This document shows, one piece after another, positions 37,533 to 48,241 of a stretch of 64,000 nt of DNA (position 1 is its first letter; each line of letters starts with the position of its first letter). Origin of the DNA: Ostreococcus lucimarinus (taxonomy: Eukaryota); the NCBI GenBank assembly GCA_000092065.1, contig CP000595.1; one strand, written 5' to 3'. Below the pieces are notes generated by a model that ran no database searches, was not told the DNA's origin, and worked only from the letters and a program-made list of their open reading frames with translations. A program made the position numbers and the translations under genes.

Positions 37533-38315
37533 ATGGACGCGAGCGTCGTGCGCCTGGACGCGGCGATCCGCGCGTGGGTGCTGCTGCCGATCACGCTCGC
37601 GATGTTCCTCGTCGGCGCGCTGCGACACCACGCGATGCGACTGACGCGCGACGGCGGCGCGGCGGACGTCGTCGCGCTTCGCGAGGCGAACGTCGCGCGA
37701 CGCGCGGAGCGGTGCCGGCAGTTCGCGGGATACCTGCGACCGGGGGCGTTCGCGGCGAGGCGGACGTTTTACTGCGCGGCGGACGGCGGCGCGCTGCGAA
37801 AGAAGAGCGAAAAAGCGTCGCCGCACGCGGCGATGCTGAGCGATCCGACGGTGATGACGAAAATGATGACGAAGAATGCGATGATGATGGCGCCGAACAT
37901 GCTGACGGCGGCGTGGGTGAATTTTTTCTTCGCGGGATTCGTGGTGGGGCGGACGCCGTTTCCGCTGACGCAGCGGTTTCGGGGGATGCTGCAGCGAGGG
38001 GTGGCGCTGCAGAGCCTGGACGTGACGTACGTGTCGAGCTTGTCGTGGTATTTCTTGAATTTTTTTGGGTTGGGGGGGGTGTTTCAGTTGGTTTTGGGGG
38101 ATAACGAGTTGGACGACGCGGCGGCGATGCAAAACGCGTTCGCGAGCGGGCTCAACGCGGACAAGGCGTTCGCGCACGCGTTGGAGGGGTTGGAGGCGTT
38201 GAAACACGAGTACATGATGCACATCGCCGACGCGCGCGCGACGGCGATGCTGCGCGCGCTGAACGAGGGTAAGAGTCCGCGCGAGGCGAGACTGGCGGCG
38301 GCGGCGGCGCGATGA
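37533..38315 (+). CDS. EMC3: ER membrane protein complex subunit 3 (EMC3 / TMEM111, DUF850)
   Basis: MDASVVRLDAAIRAWVLLPITLAMFLVGALRHH…MLTAAWVNFFFAGFVVGRTPFPLTQRFRGMLQRGVALQSLDVTYVSSLSWYFLNFFGLGGVF… is the conserved EMC3 layout; about 260 aa from the ATG at 37533 (the track ORF begins at 37440); TGTAA at 38368–38372. Confidence 0.8.
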   Translation: MDASVVRLDAAIRAWVLLPITLAMFLVGALRHHAMRLTRDGGAADVVALREANVARRAERCRQFAGYLRPGAFAARRTFYCAADGGALRKKSEKASPHAAMLSDPTVMTKMMTKNAMMMAPNMLTAAWVNFFFAGFVVGRTPFPLTQRFRGMLQRGVALQSLDVTYVSSLSWYFLNFFGLGGVFQLVLGDNELDDAAAMQNAFASGLNADKAFAHALEGLEALKHEYMMHIADARATAMLRALNEGKSPREARLAAAAAR

Positions 38316-38555
38316 AAATCCCAAAGGCTACACTCGCGTCTCCGACGCGCGCGCGCGGCGCGATCGCGAGTAATCGATGTAACTTAGTTTAACTCCATCC
38401 ATCGCGCGTCCGTCGATCGTTCGTTTGGAATCTGTCGCGTCGCGCTCCGCGTCCGCGCCTCGCGCCGTCGCTCGCGCCGCAGTCATCGACGCGCGGCGTC
38501 CGCGCGCGCGCGACGGTCGTCCGCCGTCGTCCGGCGACGCACCGTCGCGGCGTCG

Positions 38556-41270
38556 ATGTCCGACAACCCCGACGGCGCGTCCGACGACGAGAGCGCGCGC
38601 TGTCCGCACTTTTCTTACGCCAGAGCCAATCCATCGCTCGCGCAACAATCCGCGTCGACGAGCGCGAAAGACGCGTCCGTGACGCTCGTCGTCGCGCGAA
38701 ACGATCGCTGCGTCATCGCGTACGACGATGGGTGCGTGCTCGTCGCGAGCGCGCGAGACGCGCGACGGGTGATCTGGAGGACGCGAACGCGGCGCGCGGC
38801 GTCGGCGTTGGCGACGGACGGCGCGAGCGCGCACGTGCTCGTCGCCGACGCTCGAGGCGAGATCGCGGTGCACGAGCTGCCGATAGACGATGGAATGGAC
38901 GCGAGCGAACGCGCGGGCGGGGCGCGCGGGCTGGGGGACGGGTGCGAGGTGATGCGGACGACGCACGCGCGCGGCGTGACATGCGCGGCGCTCGAGCGCG
39001 ACTACGGCGCGCGCGGACGCGGAAGAGGCGGCGTGGCGTACGGAGACGATCGCGGTGGGGTGTACGTGCGCGTGAGCACGCTCTTGGGACATAAAACGTT
39101 GACGCTGAGCGCGGCCGGAGGGAGCGATCGCGGGGCGGCGCGCGCGATGGAATGGAGCTCGCGCGGCGTCTTGGCGTGGGCGTGCGACGAAGGCGTGAAG
39201 CTGTACGACGTGGGACGGGATGAAAAGGTGGCGCTCGTCGAGCGACCGCGAGGAAGTCCGGCGGCGGGGATGTACGCGCCGCACTTGACGTGGAACGAGA
39301 CGTCGGACATGGGGAAGACGTTGCTCGTGGGATGGGCGGATTGCGTCAAGGTTGTTAGGATTCAGAAGCAGGACGCGCCGGATTCGAGCGTCGCGGCGAA
39401 ACTTTTGCGAGATAAGCCGACTCGCGGCGCAACGCGCGAAATTACTCGGGCGGATTCGTTTGCGAATGGGGGCTCGAGCGAGGGAGATAACGCGTCGGCG
39501 AGCGAGGCGTCGTCGGCGAGAGTTTACGTCGCGCGCGTGACGTCGATGTTTCAGACGGAGTATTACGTCGCGGGCATTCAACCGTTCGGGGATTTATTGG
39601 CGATTTTAGGTTGGTCCACGGATGGCGATCGCAAAACCGGGGCGCATCCGGAGTTGCACCTCGTCACGCACGCGAATGTCACGCAAAATATCGACGTCAT
39701 CGCGACGCGAGACGATCCGACAACGCTCGGATGCAACGCGTACGGGTTGGCGTGCGCGCAACCTATGCTCGATAACGGGAGCTTTGATCGATGTAAACAC
39801 GTCGGCGATCATAGATGGTGGAAGATCGGACTCGAGCCACGATTTTACGTGTACTCTCCGAAAGATCTCATCGTGGCCAAGGCGACGGGCGCGAGAGAGT
39901 CCATCGATTGGTTGTCGAAACAGGAAGACTACGTCAAGCTGCTCGACGTGTGCGAGTTGGCGTCGCGATACGGCCACATCGATGGGAGTGTGCGGGATAT
40001 TGGACATAGTGTTTTGCAGCGCACGTTTGACGAGCGAGATTACGCGCAAACGGCAGCTTTGTGCTCGAAATTGTTGCGCAAAGACGCCGCCGCGTGGGAA
40101 ACGTGGATTGAAAAGTTCATGCTGGCTCGCAAGCTCGCGGAGTTACAGCCGTATATTCCCACGGATGACCCGACGCTGAGCGTGCACACGTACGAAGTGG
40201 TGTTGAACGCGTTTCTAGCGGAAGCAGAGCATCATTCGCGCTTTCTCGCCTCCGTCAAGGCGTGGCCGGCGCGTTTGTATTCGCCTCAGTTTCTCATACC
40301 CGTCGTTAAGAGCAAGCTCGCGTCGTTGAACACCAACGCGGGAAGCCCGTCGGTGGCGTCATCGGTGTCATCGGTGGTACTGAAAGAAGCGCTCGCGGAG
40401 CTGTATCTCAACGATGGTCAACGCGAACGGGCGTTGAACTTGTACCTGGACATCGGTCGGCCGTCTGTGTTGAGCTTCATCGCTCGTCACGACTTGCTCT
40501 CTTTCGTCGCTCGCAACAAGCTTTCTCTCTTGGCGCAACTCGATATTGACGCGGCGATGTCGCTTTTCGTGCAGAAGCGAGAAAGCTTGCCGCCGCGAGT
40601 CGTGATTCCCGAGCTTTTGGGTCAAGGCGGCTTCGGCGCTCGAGAGTTGACGCACGCGTACATGTCGGCTCTCTTCGACGAAGACCCGACGTGCTTCGAA
40701 GAGTTCCACGACAAACTGTACGAGTTACACCTGGAGTTCAACCCAAAGGCACTGATGAACTTTTTGAAGAAGAGCGCGTCGTATGACGTCGCGCGCGCGT
40801 GCGCCTTACTCACGGGCAACAAAGCGCTCATCTTCGAGCGCGTGTTTCTGCTCTCCAAACTTGGTTCGCACGAAGAAGCCGTGCGCGTGCTCGTGACGGA
40901 CGCCAAGGACCTATCGGGCGCCATAAAGCTTGCGAGTGAGCTGGACAACCCCGTCGAGCTCTGGAACGTCATCATCAAAGTCTCAACCGACTCGAAGGAT
41001 TTCATGGCGACGCTTCTCGCGCACGCCAAAAATCTCGCCGGCGACCCCAACGCCATCGCCCTCATCCACGCCCTGCGCGAAGGCGTCTCCATCGACAACC
41101 TCAAATCTCGCCTCGTCGATCTCATGGACGAAAACATCGCCCTCACGCGTTCGCTGCGAACGTCGTACGCATCTGAATCCAAGCGCGCTCGGGAATCGTA
41201 CGAGCGCAAAACCAAAGTCGAAACGCGCGCGCTCCGCCGCCATCAAATCCACGTCAGCCGCAAGCGATGA
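38556..41270 (+). CDS. HOPS/CORVET-type vacuolar sorting subunit, Vps41-like (N-terminal WD40 propeller plus C-terminal clathrin-heavy-chain-repeat solenoid)
   Basis: WD-like blades (…GVLAWACDEGVKLYDVGRDEKVALVERP…, typical of Vps41) and C-terminal CHCR-like helical repeats (…LAELYLNDGQRERALNLYLDIGRP…, …SHEEAVRVLVTDAKDLSGAIKLASELDNPVELWNVII…). No C-terminal RING, so Vps41 versus Vps39/Vps16 cannot be separated by eye. Confidence 0.6.
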   Translation: MSDNPDGASDDESARCPHFSYARANPSLAQQSASTSAKDASVTLVVARNDRCVIAYDDGCVLVASARDARRVIWRTRTRRAASALATDGASAHVLVADARGEIAVHELPIDDGMDASERAGGARGLGDGCEVMRTTHARGVTCAALERDYGARGRGRGGVAYGDDRGGVYVRVSTLLGHKTLTLSAAGGSDRGAARAMEWSSRGVLAWACDEGVKLYDVGRDEKVALVERPRGSPAAGMYAPHLTWNETSDMGKTLLVGWADCVKVVRIQKQDAPDSSVAAKLLRDKPTRGATREITRADSFANGGSSEGDNASASEASSARVYVARVTSMFQTEYYVAGIQPFGDLLAILGWSTDGDRKTGAHPELHLVTHANVTQNIDVIATRDDPTTLGCNAYGLACAQPMLDNGSFDRCKHVGDHRWWKIGLEPRFYVYSPKDLIVAKATGARESIDWLSKQEDYVKLLDVCELASRYGHIDGSVRDIGHSVLQRTFDERDYAQTAALCSKLLRKDAAAWETWIEKFMLARKLAELQPYIPTDDPTLSVHTYEVVLNAFLAEAEHHSRFLASVKAWPARLYSPQFLIPVVKSKLASLNTNAGSPSVASSVSSVVLKEALAELYLNDGQRERALNLYLDIGRPSVLSFIARHDLLSFVARNKLSLLAQLDIDAAMSLFVQKRESLPPRVVIPELLGQGGFGARELTHAYMSALFDEDPTCFEEFHDKLYELHLEFNPKALMNFLKKSASYDVARACALLTGNKALIFERVFLLSKLGSHEEAVRVLVTDAKDLSGAIKLASELDNPVELWNVIIKVSTDSKDFMATLLAHAKNLAGDPNAIALIHALREGVSIDNLKSRLVDLMDENIALTRSLRTSYASESKRARESYERKTKVETRALRRHQIHVSRKR

Positions 41271-41848
41271 GCGCGCGCGTCGAGTCAAATCCATCGTTCG
41301 TGTCTTTCAATAGCCGTAGCCATAGTTTCTAGCCGTAGCGTGTAGATCGAATTCCGAATTCGAGAACGCGTCTCGCCGCGCGTCTCTCGGTCGCCTCTCG
41401 ACCTCCAGTCACGTCGCTTTCACCACTCGCCCGCGCGTCGCGCGCGCGTCACGCTCGCGCCGACCCGCGCGCGCGACGCACCGTCGAACTCCGCGCCCCT
41501 GGCCGCGTTCTCACGCGCGCGCACCCTCACCGCGCGCGAAAATCCGCCGTTCGTTCGAGTCCAATTCGCGCGGTCGAATCGAGTTTCAAAATGGTTGATA
41601 ACGGCGCGATAAAAACCATCGGCGACGTCGAGACGGTCGTCCTGAGCGCGCTGGAACTCATGGAAGATAAAGTCACGCGATCGTAGCGCGCGCTGGAGAA
41701 AAAACTGGAGGAATTAGAGCGGGAATGCGCGAGGAGACACGAGGAGTTGAAGCAGTTGTTGACGGGGAAGCGCGCGAACGACGCGACGGCGACGAAGAGC
41801 GCGAAGAGAACGTCGAGAGACGACGACGCGGTGGCGACGATAATATCG

Positions 41849-42664
41849 ATGGATTTATCGCGACCGACGCCGGCGACGGCGGAGAAGCAGGCGACGCGTG
41901 AGGGGGTACGTGAGATGAACGCGCGCGCGCCGCAAAAGAAACTAAAGGCGAGCCCGTTGGCGACGGCGTCGATGAACGCGAGCCTGCAAAAGTCGGTGAA
42001 GAAGAAACCGTCCGCGGCGTCGCCGGAAAAATCGAAGCGGAGTAAGAATAGCGCGGATCTCTGCGCGCACATCACGGATTTGACCGCGGACGAACGGTTG
42101 CTCGTGGAGACGGGCAAGGGGCGGCGAGGCGAGCCCATGCCCACGCCTCTCGGCTGGGCGTATTGGACGGCGACGAGCCACGAGACGCTGCGCACGATCG
42201 GCAACAAAATTGGCCTCGAACCGTTGACGTTATACAGCATGAATCGTTGGCACCATAAGCTCAAGAATTACGACATCGATCAAGAGTTCACCGCGAACTC
42301 CAAGCTCAGTCTCCCGGTGCCGCCGTTTGAGGACTGGGAGACGGAGTACATCGCGGCCGACCGCACAAAGATTTTCACGCGCCTGCTCGACCGCATCGAC
42401 GAAGTCTGGCCCGAGGTTTTGAGAAACGCCGAACCTCTGCGTTCGCTGAAGAGGGAGCAGTTGAAAACGTACCCCGACTCGGGCACGTTGTATCGCCAGT
42501 TGCGCGAGACGTTGGACAACGCCGAAGCCGCCGCGAAAAAATTCAACGACGGCGACGAGACTCTCCGGGACGTCCAGCAGTGTCGAAAGCAGCTCGTAAC
42601 GCGTTGGCATCGCGACGGGTTCTTGCTCCCGGACGAGATCGCGTTCAAAGCCGACGACCAGTAG
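41849..42664 (+). CDS. LysM-domain-containing protein (hypothetical)
   Basis: The segment TSHETLRTIGNKIGLEPLTLYSMNRWHHKLKNYDIDQEFTANSKLSLP fits the LysM fold pattern. The track ORF begins at a TTG (41747); the first in-frame ATG is 41849. An upstream same-frame ATG at 41582 is closed by TAG at 41684. TGTAA at 42670–42674. Confidence 0.5.
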   Translation: MDLSRPTPATAEKQATREGVREMNARAPQKKLKASPLATASMNASLQKSVKKKPSAASPEKSKRSKNSADLCAHITDLTADERLLVETGKGRRGEPMPTPLGWAYWTATSHETLRTIGNKIGLEPLTLYSMNRWHHKLKNYDIDQEFTANSKLSLPVPPFEDWETEYIAADRTKIFTRLLDRIDEVWPEVLRNAEPLRSLKREQLKTYPDSGTLYRQLRETLDNAEAAAKKFNDGDETLRDVQQCRKQLVTRWHRDGFLLPDEIAFKADDQ

Positions 42665-42743
42665 CCGGATGTAAACGCAACGAGCGAACGCGACGACGGT
42701 CGTCGCGCGACGCGACCCCCAACCGTCCCGCACACTCGGACGC

Positions 42744-44312
42744 ATGCTCGCCGCCGCCCTCCGCGCGTCGTCCCGCCGCGCGCGCGTCCCGTCAACGTCG
42801 ACGTCGACGTCGCTCGCGCGCGCGCTCTCGTCCGCGTCCGAGGCGTCGGACGCGAGAAAACCAAAGACGAATGCAGAAATCGCCGTGCTCGCCGTCGGTT
42901 TCGCCGGTCTCGCGCTCGGCGCGTACACCGCGGACGACGCCCTGCGCGCGCGCGGCGGCGAAGCGCGCGCGCGAGATCCCGCCGCGGACGCGTGCGCGCG
43001 GGACGACGCGAACGCGCGCGGGAGACGGTTGCGGCGGTGGGCGGAGACGCACGGCGCGACGTTCGCGAGGAGCGACGTTCGGGACGGCGGCGCGCGCGAG
43101 GGCGCGGGCGCGTTCCACAGGGAAAACGATGGCGAGAGCATCGCGCCGAGAGGATTGCGATTGCGAAAGCGCGAGAGGGCGCTGATGACGATACCGGACG
43201 CGGCGGTGGTGAACTGGAACACGGCGGCGGCGCACCCGACGCTCGGATCGACGTTCGAGTCGCTGTTGCGGCGAGGCGTCGTCGACGAAAGGTTGGCGGT
43301 GATGTGTTTCTTCATGATTGAGCGGAGACGCGGGGAGGAGAGCGCGTGGAAAGAGTACATAGACTCGTTGCCGCGCGCGTACGACGCGCCGCTGAGCTTT
43401 AGCGATGAAGAGTTGGAGAGGGAGTTGTCGGGGACGACGGTGTACGCGCCGGTGAAGGCGCAAAAGGCACACGTGAAGAAGATGTTTGAAGAGTGCGTGC
43501 GTCCGGCGATGCGAGAGTTGACGCAGGCGGATAACGCCGCGGGATCGTCGTTGCACATGCTGCCGGACGTGAGCGAGAAGGAGTTTGCGTGGGCGTTTCA
43601 GACGTTTTGGTCTCGCGCGCTGGCGATTCCGGTCGGCGCCGGCGGTTCTGTGACCGTCGATAGCGTGGTGCCGGGCGTGGACATGGTCAATCATGCGCCG
43701 CGCGCGCGTGCGAACGCGAGATGGGAACACGTGGAAGATTCATCGCGTCCGGATGGTGGTTACGTCGCGCTCGTGTCGGCGCCGCCGAATCGCACTATGA
43801 AAGATGGCGAAGAAATTTTCATCAATTACGGCGACAAGTCCAACGAGGAGCTGTTGTTCACCTACGGCTTCGCGTTGAAAGATAACGCCGTTGAAGAACG
43901 AATGGTATTCTTTCCGCCCTGGGCGGGCGACGCAGAGCATTCGGAAGACGTCACGCGCCGGATCGAACTCCTTCGTGCGAAGGGACTGCCGCAGCACGTC
44001 GTCTTGCCCACGACACCACCGAAGCGGGGCTTCAGAGACATGGATGCTACGGTCCAAGAAACGTTACGAATTTGGTGCGCAGACGTTAAAGATTTAGACT
44101 CTCGTCGCCGCGTCGACGACGCGACGCGACGAAAGATTCACAACGTCTTACGCGCGTCCATCGGCGCGCAATCGCACGCACTACGCGATGTCGAACGCGA
44201 GGTTGATCACTCCATCGCGAGCGCGAGAGAGATCGCGTGCGATGTCTACCGACGAGACATTCGCCGTTTGTACGACAATTACATCGAAGCCGCCGCGCGC
44301 TGGGAGTCGTGA
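42744..44312 (+). CDS. SET-domain protein-lysine methyltransferase, Rubisco-LSMT-like, with N-terminal targeting sequence
   Basis: SET-domain elements (…ALMTIPDAAVVNWNT…, …EEIFINYGDKSNEELLFTYGFALKDN…) and an LSMT-type C-terminal substrate-binding region; N-terminal presequence. Confidence 0.8.
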   Translation: MLAAALRASSRRARVPSTSTSTSLARALSSASEASDARKPKTNAEIAVLAVGFAGLALGAYTADDALRARGGEARARDPAADACARDDANARGRRLRRWAETHGATFARSDVRDGGAREGAGAFHRENDGESIAPRGLRLRKRERALMTIPDAAVVNWNTAAAHPTLGSTFESLLRRGVVDERLAVMCFFMIERRRGEESAWKEYIDSLPRAYDAPLSFSDEELERELSGTTVYAPVKAQKAHVKKMFEECVRPAMRELTQADNAAGSSLHMLPDVSEKEFAWAFQTFWSRALAIPVGAGGSVTVDSVVPGVDMVNHAPRARANARWEHVEDSSRPDGGYVALVSAPPNRTMKDGEEIFINYGDKSNEELLFTYGFALKDNAVEERMVFFPPWAGDAEHSEDVTRRIELLRAKGLPQHVVLPTTPPKRGFRDMDATVQETLRIWCADVKDLDSRRRVDDATRRKIHNVLRASIGAQSHALRDVEREVDHSIASAREIACDVYRRDIRRLYDNYIEAAARWES

Positions 44313-44439
44313 ACGTCAGCTAGCAACTTGTATTATATACATCGTCGAGCAATCGACGAGCGAGACTAAATTTGATCGTAAATTTTATCGCGGTGGTATT
44401 AAAATAACTCTACACTGGCGGATTACCCCTTTAAATACG

Positions 44440-44530
44440 TTATGATCCACGCACTAAATATACGATATAGTGCTAAAGTACCCTAGAATATGATAAATTA
44501 TAAAACCCTAGGAACAAAAACAGCCTGGCG
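44440..44530 (+). promoter_or_regulatory. AT-rich promoter island upstream of ALS with two direct telo-box-like motifs (ACCCTAGAA and AAACCCTAGG)
   Basis: …gtaccctagaatatgataaattataaaaccctaggaac…; the AT-rich island (about 44330–44520) contrasts with the 68% GC background. Confidence 0.4.
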
Positions 44531-44636
44531 AAAGCCCTGGCTGGCGACGCGACCGACGTCACTCGCGCGCGCACGCGTGCGGCGCGCGCCTCACTCGCAC
44601 GCGCATCGCACGCGACGCGACGCTCAGACGCCCACG

Positions 44637-46670
44637 ATGCGACGCACCGCCGTCGCGAGCGCGCCCGCGCGCGCCCCCGCGTCGCGCGCGGCGCCGCGGA
44701 CACACGCCGCCAATCGCAGCGCCGCGTCGACGAAATTCGCGCGCGCGCGCCGCGCGCCGCGCGCGGTTCGCCAGCCCGACGCGTCGGAGTACGTCGATCC
44801 GTCGCAGTTCACCGAACTCGAGCTGTCCACGGCGCAGATGACGGCGTACGCGAGCAAACGACCGAGAGGGCAGTTCGCGTCGAGGTTCGCGGACGACGAG
44901 CCGCGCAAGGGGTCGGACATCCTGGTCGAGGCGCTCGAGCGCGAGGGCGTGGACTGCGTGTTCGCGTACCCGGGAGGGGCGTCGATGGAGATTCATCAAA
45001 GCCTGACGAAGAGCGCGACGGGGATACGGAACGTGCTGTGCCGACACGAACAAGGGGAGGTTTTCGCGGCGGAGGGATACGCGAAGGCGACGGGTAAGGT
45101 GGGCGTGTGCATCGCGACCAGCGGACCGGGGGCGACGAATTTGGTCACGGGGTTGGCAGATGCGCTGTTGGACTCGGTGCCGATGGTGGCGATCACGGGA
45201 CAGGTGCCGCGACCGATGATCGGGACGGACGCGTTTCAAGAGACGCCCATCGTGGAGATCACGAGACAGATCACGAAGCACAACTATTTGGTGATGAACG
45301 TCGAGGAAATTCCGCGAATCGTGCGCGAAGCGTTCTTTTTGGCCGCTTCAGGACGTCCGGGCCCGGTTTTGATCGATATTCCAAAGGATGTGCAGCAGCA
45401 GTTGGCGGTTCCGTATTGGGAGCCCAAGGTTTCGCTCAACGGTTACTTGAGCCGTCTGCCCGCGCCGCCGACGTCGCCGCAGCTCCAACAAGTTTTGGAT
45501 TTGATTAAGGACTCAAAGCGTCCGGTGGTGTACGCCGGCGGTGGATGCTTGGACGCCGACTTAGAGCTGGTTGAATTCTGCCGCGCGACGGGGATTCCCG
45601 TGACGAACACGCTCATGGGTCTCGGTACGTTCCCGCAGAGCGACGATTTGAGCCTGAGCATGCTTGGCATGCACGGTGCGGTGTATGCCAACTATGCGAT
45701 CGACAGCGCTGATTTGTTGCTCGCTTTTGGCGTGCGATTCGACGATCGTGTGACCGGTAAGTTGGCGGAATTCGCCAAGCGCGCCGCCATTGTGCACATC
45801 GACATTGATCCGGCGGAGCTCGGTAAGAACAAGAAGCCGTTCTGCTCCATCTTTAGCAACATCAAGCCCGCGTTGAAGACTTTGAACAAGTTGATCGCGC
45901 TCGAGAAGGATATGCCCGATTTCTCGGAGTGGCGCGCGGCTATTGACGTGCAGCGCAAAAAGTTCCCGTTTCCGATTCCCGAGCAAGTCGGCGACGTCAT
46001 CGCTCCGCAGGCGGCGATCGAGCTGTTGTGCAAGATGACCGAAGGTAAGGCGATCATCTCCACTGGTGTCGGTCAGCACCAAATGTGGGCGGCTCAGCAC
46101 TACAAGTTTGACGAGCCTCGCAACTGGCTCACGTCTGGTGGTTTGGGTTCGATGGGCTTCGGCTTGCCCGCCGCCATCGGCGCCGCCGCGGCGCGTCCTG
46201 GCGATCTGGTCGTCGACATCGACGGCGATGGCTCGTTCGTCATGAATATTCAAGAACTCGCGACCTTGCACGCGGAAAACTTGCCGGTGAAGTGCTTCAT
46301 CTTGAACAACCAGTACCTCGGCATGGTCGTGCAGTGGGAGGATCGATTTTACAAGGCGAATCGCGGTCACACGTACCTCGGCTCCCCGAATGACGATTTC
46401 CAAGTCTCCAAGGAAGAGGCGCACATTTTCCCCGATTTTGTCACCATCTCACAGGGCTTCCGCGTCCCCGCCGAACGCGTGATGCGCATGAGCGATCTCG
46501 AAGGCGCGATCAAGCGCATGATTGAAGCCGACGGTCCGTACTTGCTCGACGTCATGGTGCCGCACGTCGAGCACGTGTTGCCCATGGTCCCCGGCGGCGG
46601 TACGTTCGCCGACACCATCACCACGGGTGACGGGAGAAGCCCGGAAGAGAAGGACATGAAAACCTTGTAA
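44637..46670 (+). CDS. ALS: acetolactate synthase (acetohydroxyacid synthase) catalytic subunit, plant-type, plastid-targeted
   Basis: Near-identity to plant ALS blocks (…[18 protein letters not shown]…, …[17 protein letters not shown]…, …[19 protein letters not shown]…, TPP-binding GDGSF…N motif). The start is the ATG at 44637 after the AT-rich leader (track ORF from 44490). TGTAA overlaps the stop at 46666–46670. Confidence 0.95.
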   Translation: MRRTAVASAPARAPASRAAPRTHAANRSAASTKFARARRAPRAVRQPDASEYVDPSQFTELELSTAQMTAYASKRPRGQFASRFADDEPRKGSDILVEALEREGVDCVFAYPGGASMEIHQSLTKSATGIRNVLCRHEQGEVFAAEGYAKATGKVGVCIATSGPGATNLVTGLADALLDSVPMVAITGQVPRPMIGTDAFQETPIVEITRQITKHNYLVMNVEEIPRIVREAFFLAASGRPGPVLIDIPKDVQQQLAVPYWEPKVSLNGYLSRLPAPPTSPQLQQVLDLIKDSKRPVVYAGGGCLDADLELVEFCRATGIPVTNTLMGLGTFPQSDDLSLSMLGMHGAVYANYAIDSADLLLAFGVRFDDRVTGKLAEFAKRAAIVHIDIDPAELGKNKKPFCSIFSNIKPALKTLNKLIALEKDMPDFSEWRAAIDVQRKKFPFPIPEQVGDVIAPQAAIELLCKMTEGKAIISTGVGQHQMWAAQHYKFDEPRNWLTSGGLGSMGFGLPAAIGAAAARPGDLVVDIDGDGSFVMNIQELATLHAENLPVKCFILNNQYLGMVVQWEDRFYKANRGHTYLGSPNDDFQVSKEEAHIFPDFVTISQGFRVPAERVMRMSDLEGAIKRMIEADGPYLLDVMVPHVEHVLPMVPGGGTFADTITTGDGRSPEEKDMKTL

Positions 46671-46804
46671 GATGTTTATGTTACGACGTATTAGCAACGG
46701 GCGCAAATATTTTAATGGATGGCTAAATTCTCAACAACAAAATTCTGAACAACGCGCGAAAACTTAACCAAAGAAGACAACTAAAGATTCATCAAACACA
46801 AACA

Positions 46805-48115
46805 TCAAGGAGCGGTTTCTTCTCCTCGCTCGATCACCTCCTCGTCGACCACCTTCCGCTTCGCCGCCTCGGCCGCCGCGTACCGACCCGTCATCCACGA
46901 CAGGACGCCGTTCCAGGCGATGCCGATGGCGTTCATCCACGGAATGGTCAAATGCTTCGGTACTACGGCAAAGTTGATCGCCTGCGCGGGCACCCACACC
47001 AACCAAAGCGCAGTCATCGTTTCCGGCCCAGTTTGTTTCCACTTGGCGAATATTTCGCTCGGAAGATCTAACAGACGCGTCCCGCCTTCGCTCACGACGC
47101 GAATGCCGAGAAACGTGGGCAGGTAGAGAAACGGCTGCACGAAGGCTTGGTCGATGGCGACGACGGCGCCCGTGGAGAGCGCCAAGCCGTATTTTGGCCG
47201 CCAAACATCATTCAACGGTTTCAACCAATGATTATACAAACGATATTGAAACGCCCCCACGTACGTTACGCCGAGGACGAAGAAGGACGCCACGCGATTC
47301 CAATCCAACTCAAAGAAACTCTTCTCCTCCAGCACCATCTGGACGAAAATATCCGAGCTCACGCACTTGGTGACGGACGAAAACATCGCCGTCGAGAACG
47401 GATGCCGCACCACCGTGCGCACGTACGCGGCAACGACGCGCGCCCAGTAATACTCGCGCACCTTTTCGTGCGTCAACGCCGCGAATCGACTCGCCCCCGC
47501 GTGTCGCAGCGACCCAAACGGATCGATGACGTCCCTCGCCTTCGCCTTCGCTCTCGCCTCCGCCGCATCGATCGCGCCTTGCCTCAACCACACCGGCTGA
47601 AACGGCCTCGCCAGCGTCTTCCCGAGCTGCGTCTTAAACTCCGGATGCGTCAACACGTCCAACCACGACCCTCCGGCGTGTCGCAGCGCCGCGCTCGGCG
47701 TCACCGGCGCCTCTCGCCGCCACCGCTTCAGCGTCGCCCACGCCCGTCGCGCCGCCCGTCCCGGCGCCCGAGGAAACCGCGTTCCTATCTTCGCGCCCGC
47801 CACGAACGCGCTCGCGATCTCGTCTCGCGCCTCGCGCTGTTTAAACACCTCGTACCACGTCGCGCCCGCGTGTCGAAGCGCGTCCACCCTCGACACCCCG
47901 CGCGGCGCCTCCTCCCGCGCCGTCCCGCCCTCTCGCGCGCGCGCCTGTCGTCGACACGCGCCGAGGGGTTTTTGCCGCGCGTACGACCGCGCGTGTCGCG
48001 CCACGGCGCCCGTCGCGCTCCCGCGGCGTCGCATTTCTCGTCGAATCGCGCGTCCCGTCGCGGCGACCCACATCGCCGCGCGTCGCGTCTCGGTCGCGCG
48101 CGCGTCGACGCTCAC
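46805..48115 (-). CDS. Mpv17/PMP22-family membrane protein with an unusual ~240-aa N-terminal extension carrying three LRHAG[AG][ST]W… repeats
   Basis: C-terminal 190 aa have the Mpv17/PMP22 signature (…LWLVWVPAQAINFAVVPKHLTIPWMNAIGIAWNGVLSW…). The N-terminal extension repeats (ALRHAGATWYEVFKQREA / ALRHAGGSWLDVLTHPEF / SLRHAGASRFAALTHEKV) about 45 aa apart. Confidence 0.8.
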   Translation of the reverse strand: MSVDARATETRRAAMWVAATGRAIRREMRRRGSATGAVARHARSYARQKPLGACRRQARAREGGTAREEAPRGVSRVDALRHAGATWYEVFKQREARDEIASAFVAGAKIGTRFPRAPGRAARRAWATLKRWRREAPVTPSAALRHAGGSWLDVLTHPEFKTQLGKTLARPFQPVWLRQGAIDAAEARAKAKARDVIDPFGSLRHAGASRFAALTHEKVREYYWARVVAAYVRTVVRHPFSTAMFSSVTKCVSSDIFVQMVLEEKSFFELDWNRVASFFVLGVTYVGAFQYRLYNHWLKPLNDVWRPKYGLALSTGAVVAIDQAFVQPFLYLPTFLGIRVVSEGGTRLLDLPSEIFAKWKQTGPETMTALWLVWVPAQAINFAVVPKHLTIPWMNAIGIAWNGVLSWMTGRYAAAEAAKRKVVDEEVIERGEETAP

Positions 48116-48241
48116 CGCGCGCGCGCGTCTCGCATCGTCGTCGCGCCTCGGTCGCGTCGGGATGTGCGCGCAACGATTCGTGGGTGTTACAGTGTAGTCG
48201 TACTTTGGAGGAGCGAGAAAATTCGAAAGACGCGCGCGGAC

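Noticed and set aside
41541-41575. tRNA-like T-loop strings (gttcgagtcc at 41545; ggcgttcaaatccggg at about 15806)
   Set aside because: Flanking sequence does not form a T-stem or acceptor stem or a cloverleaf. The second is inside a GC-rich region with open frames. No tRNA is called.
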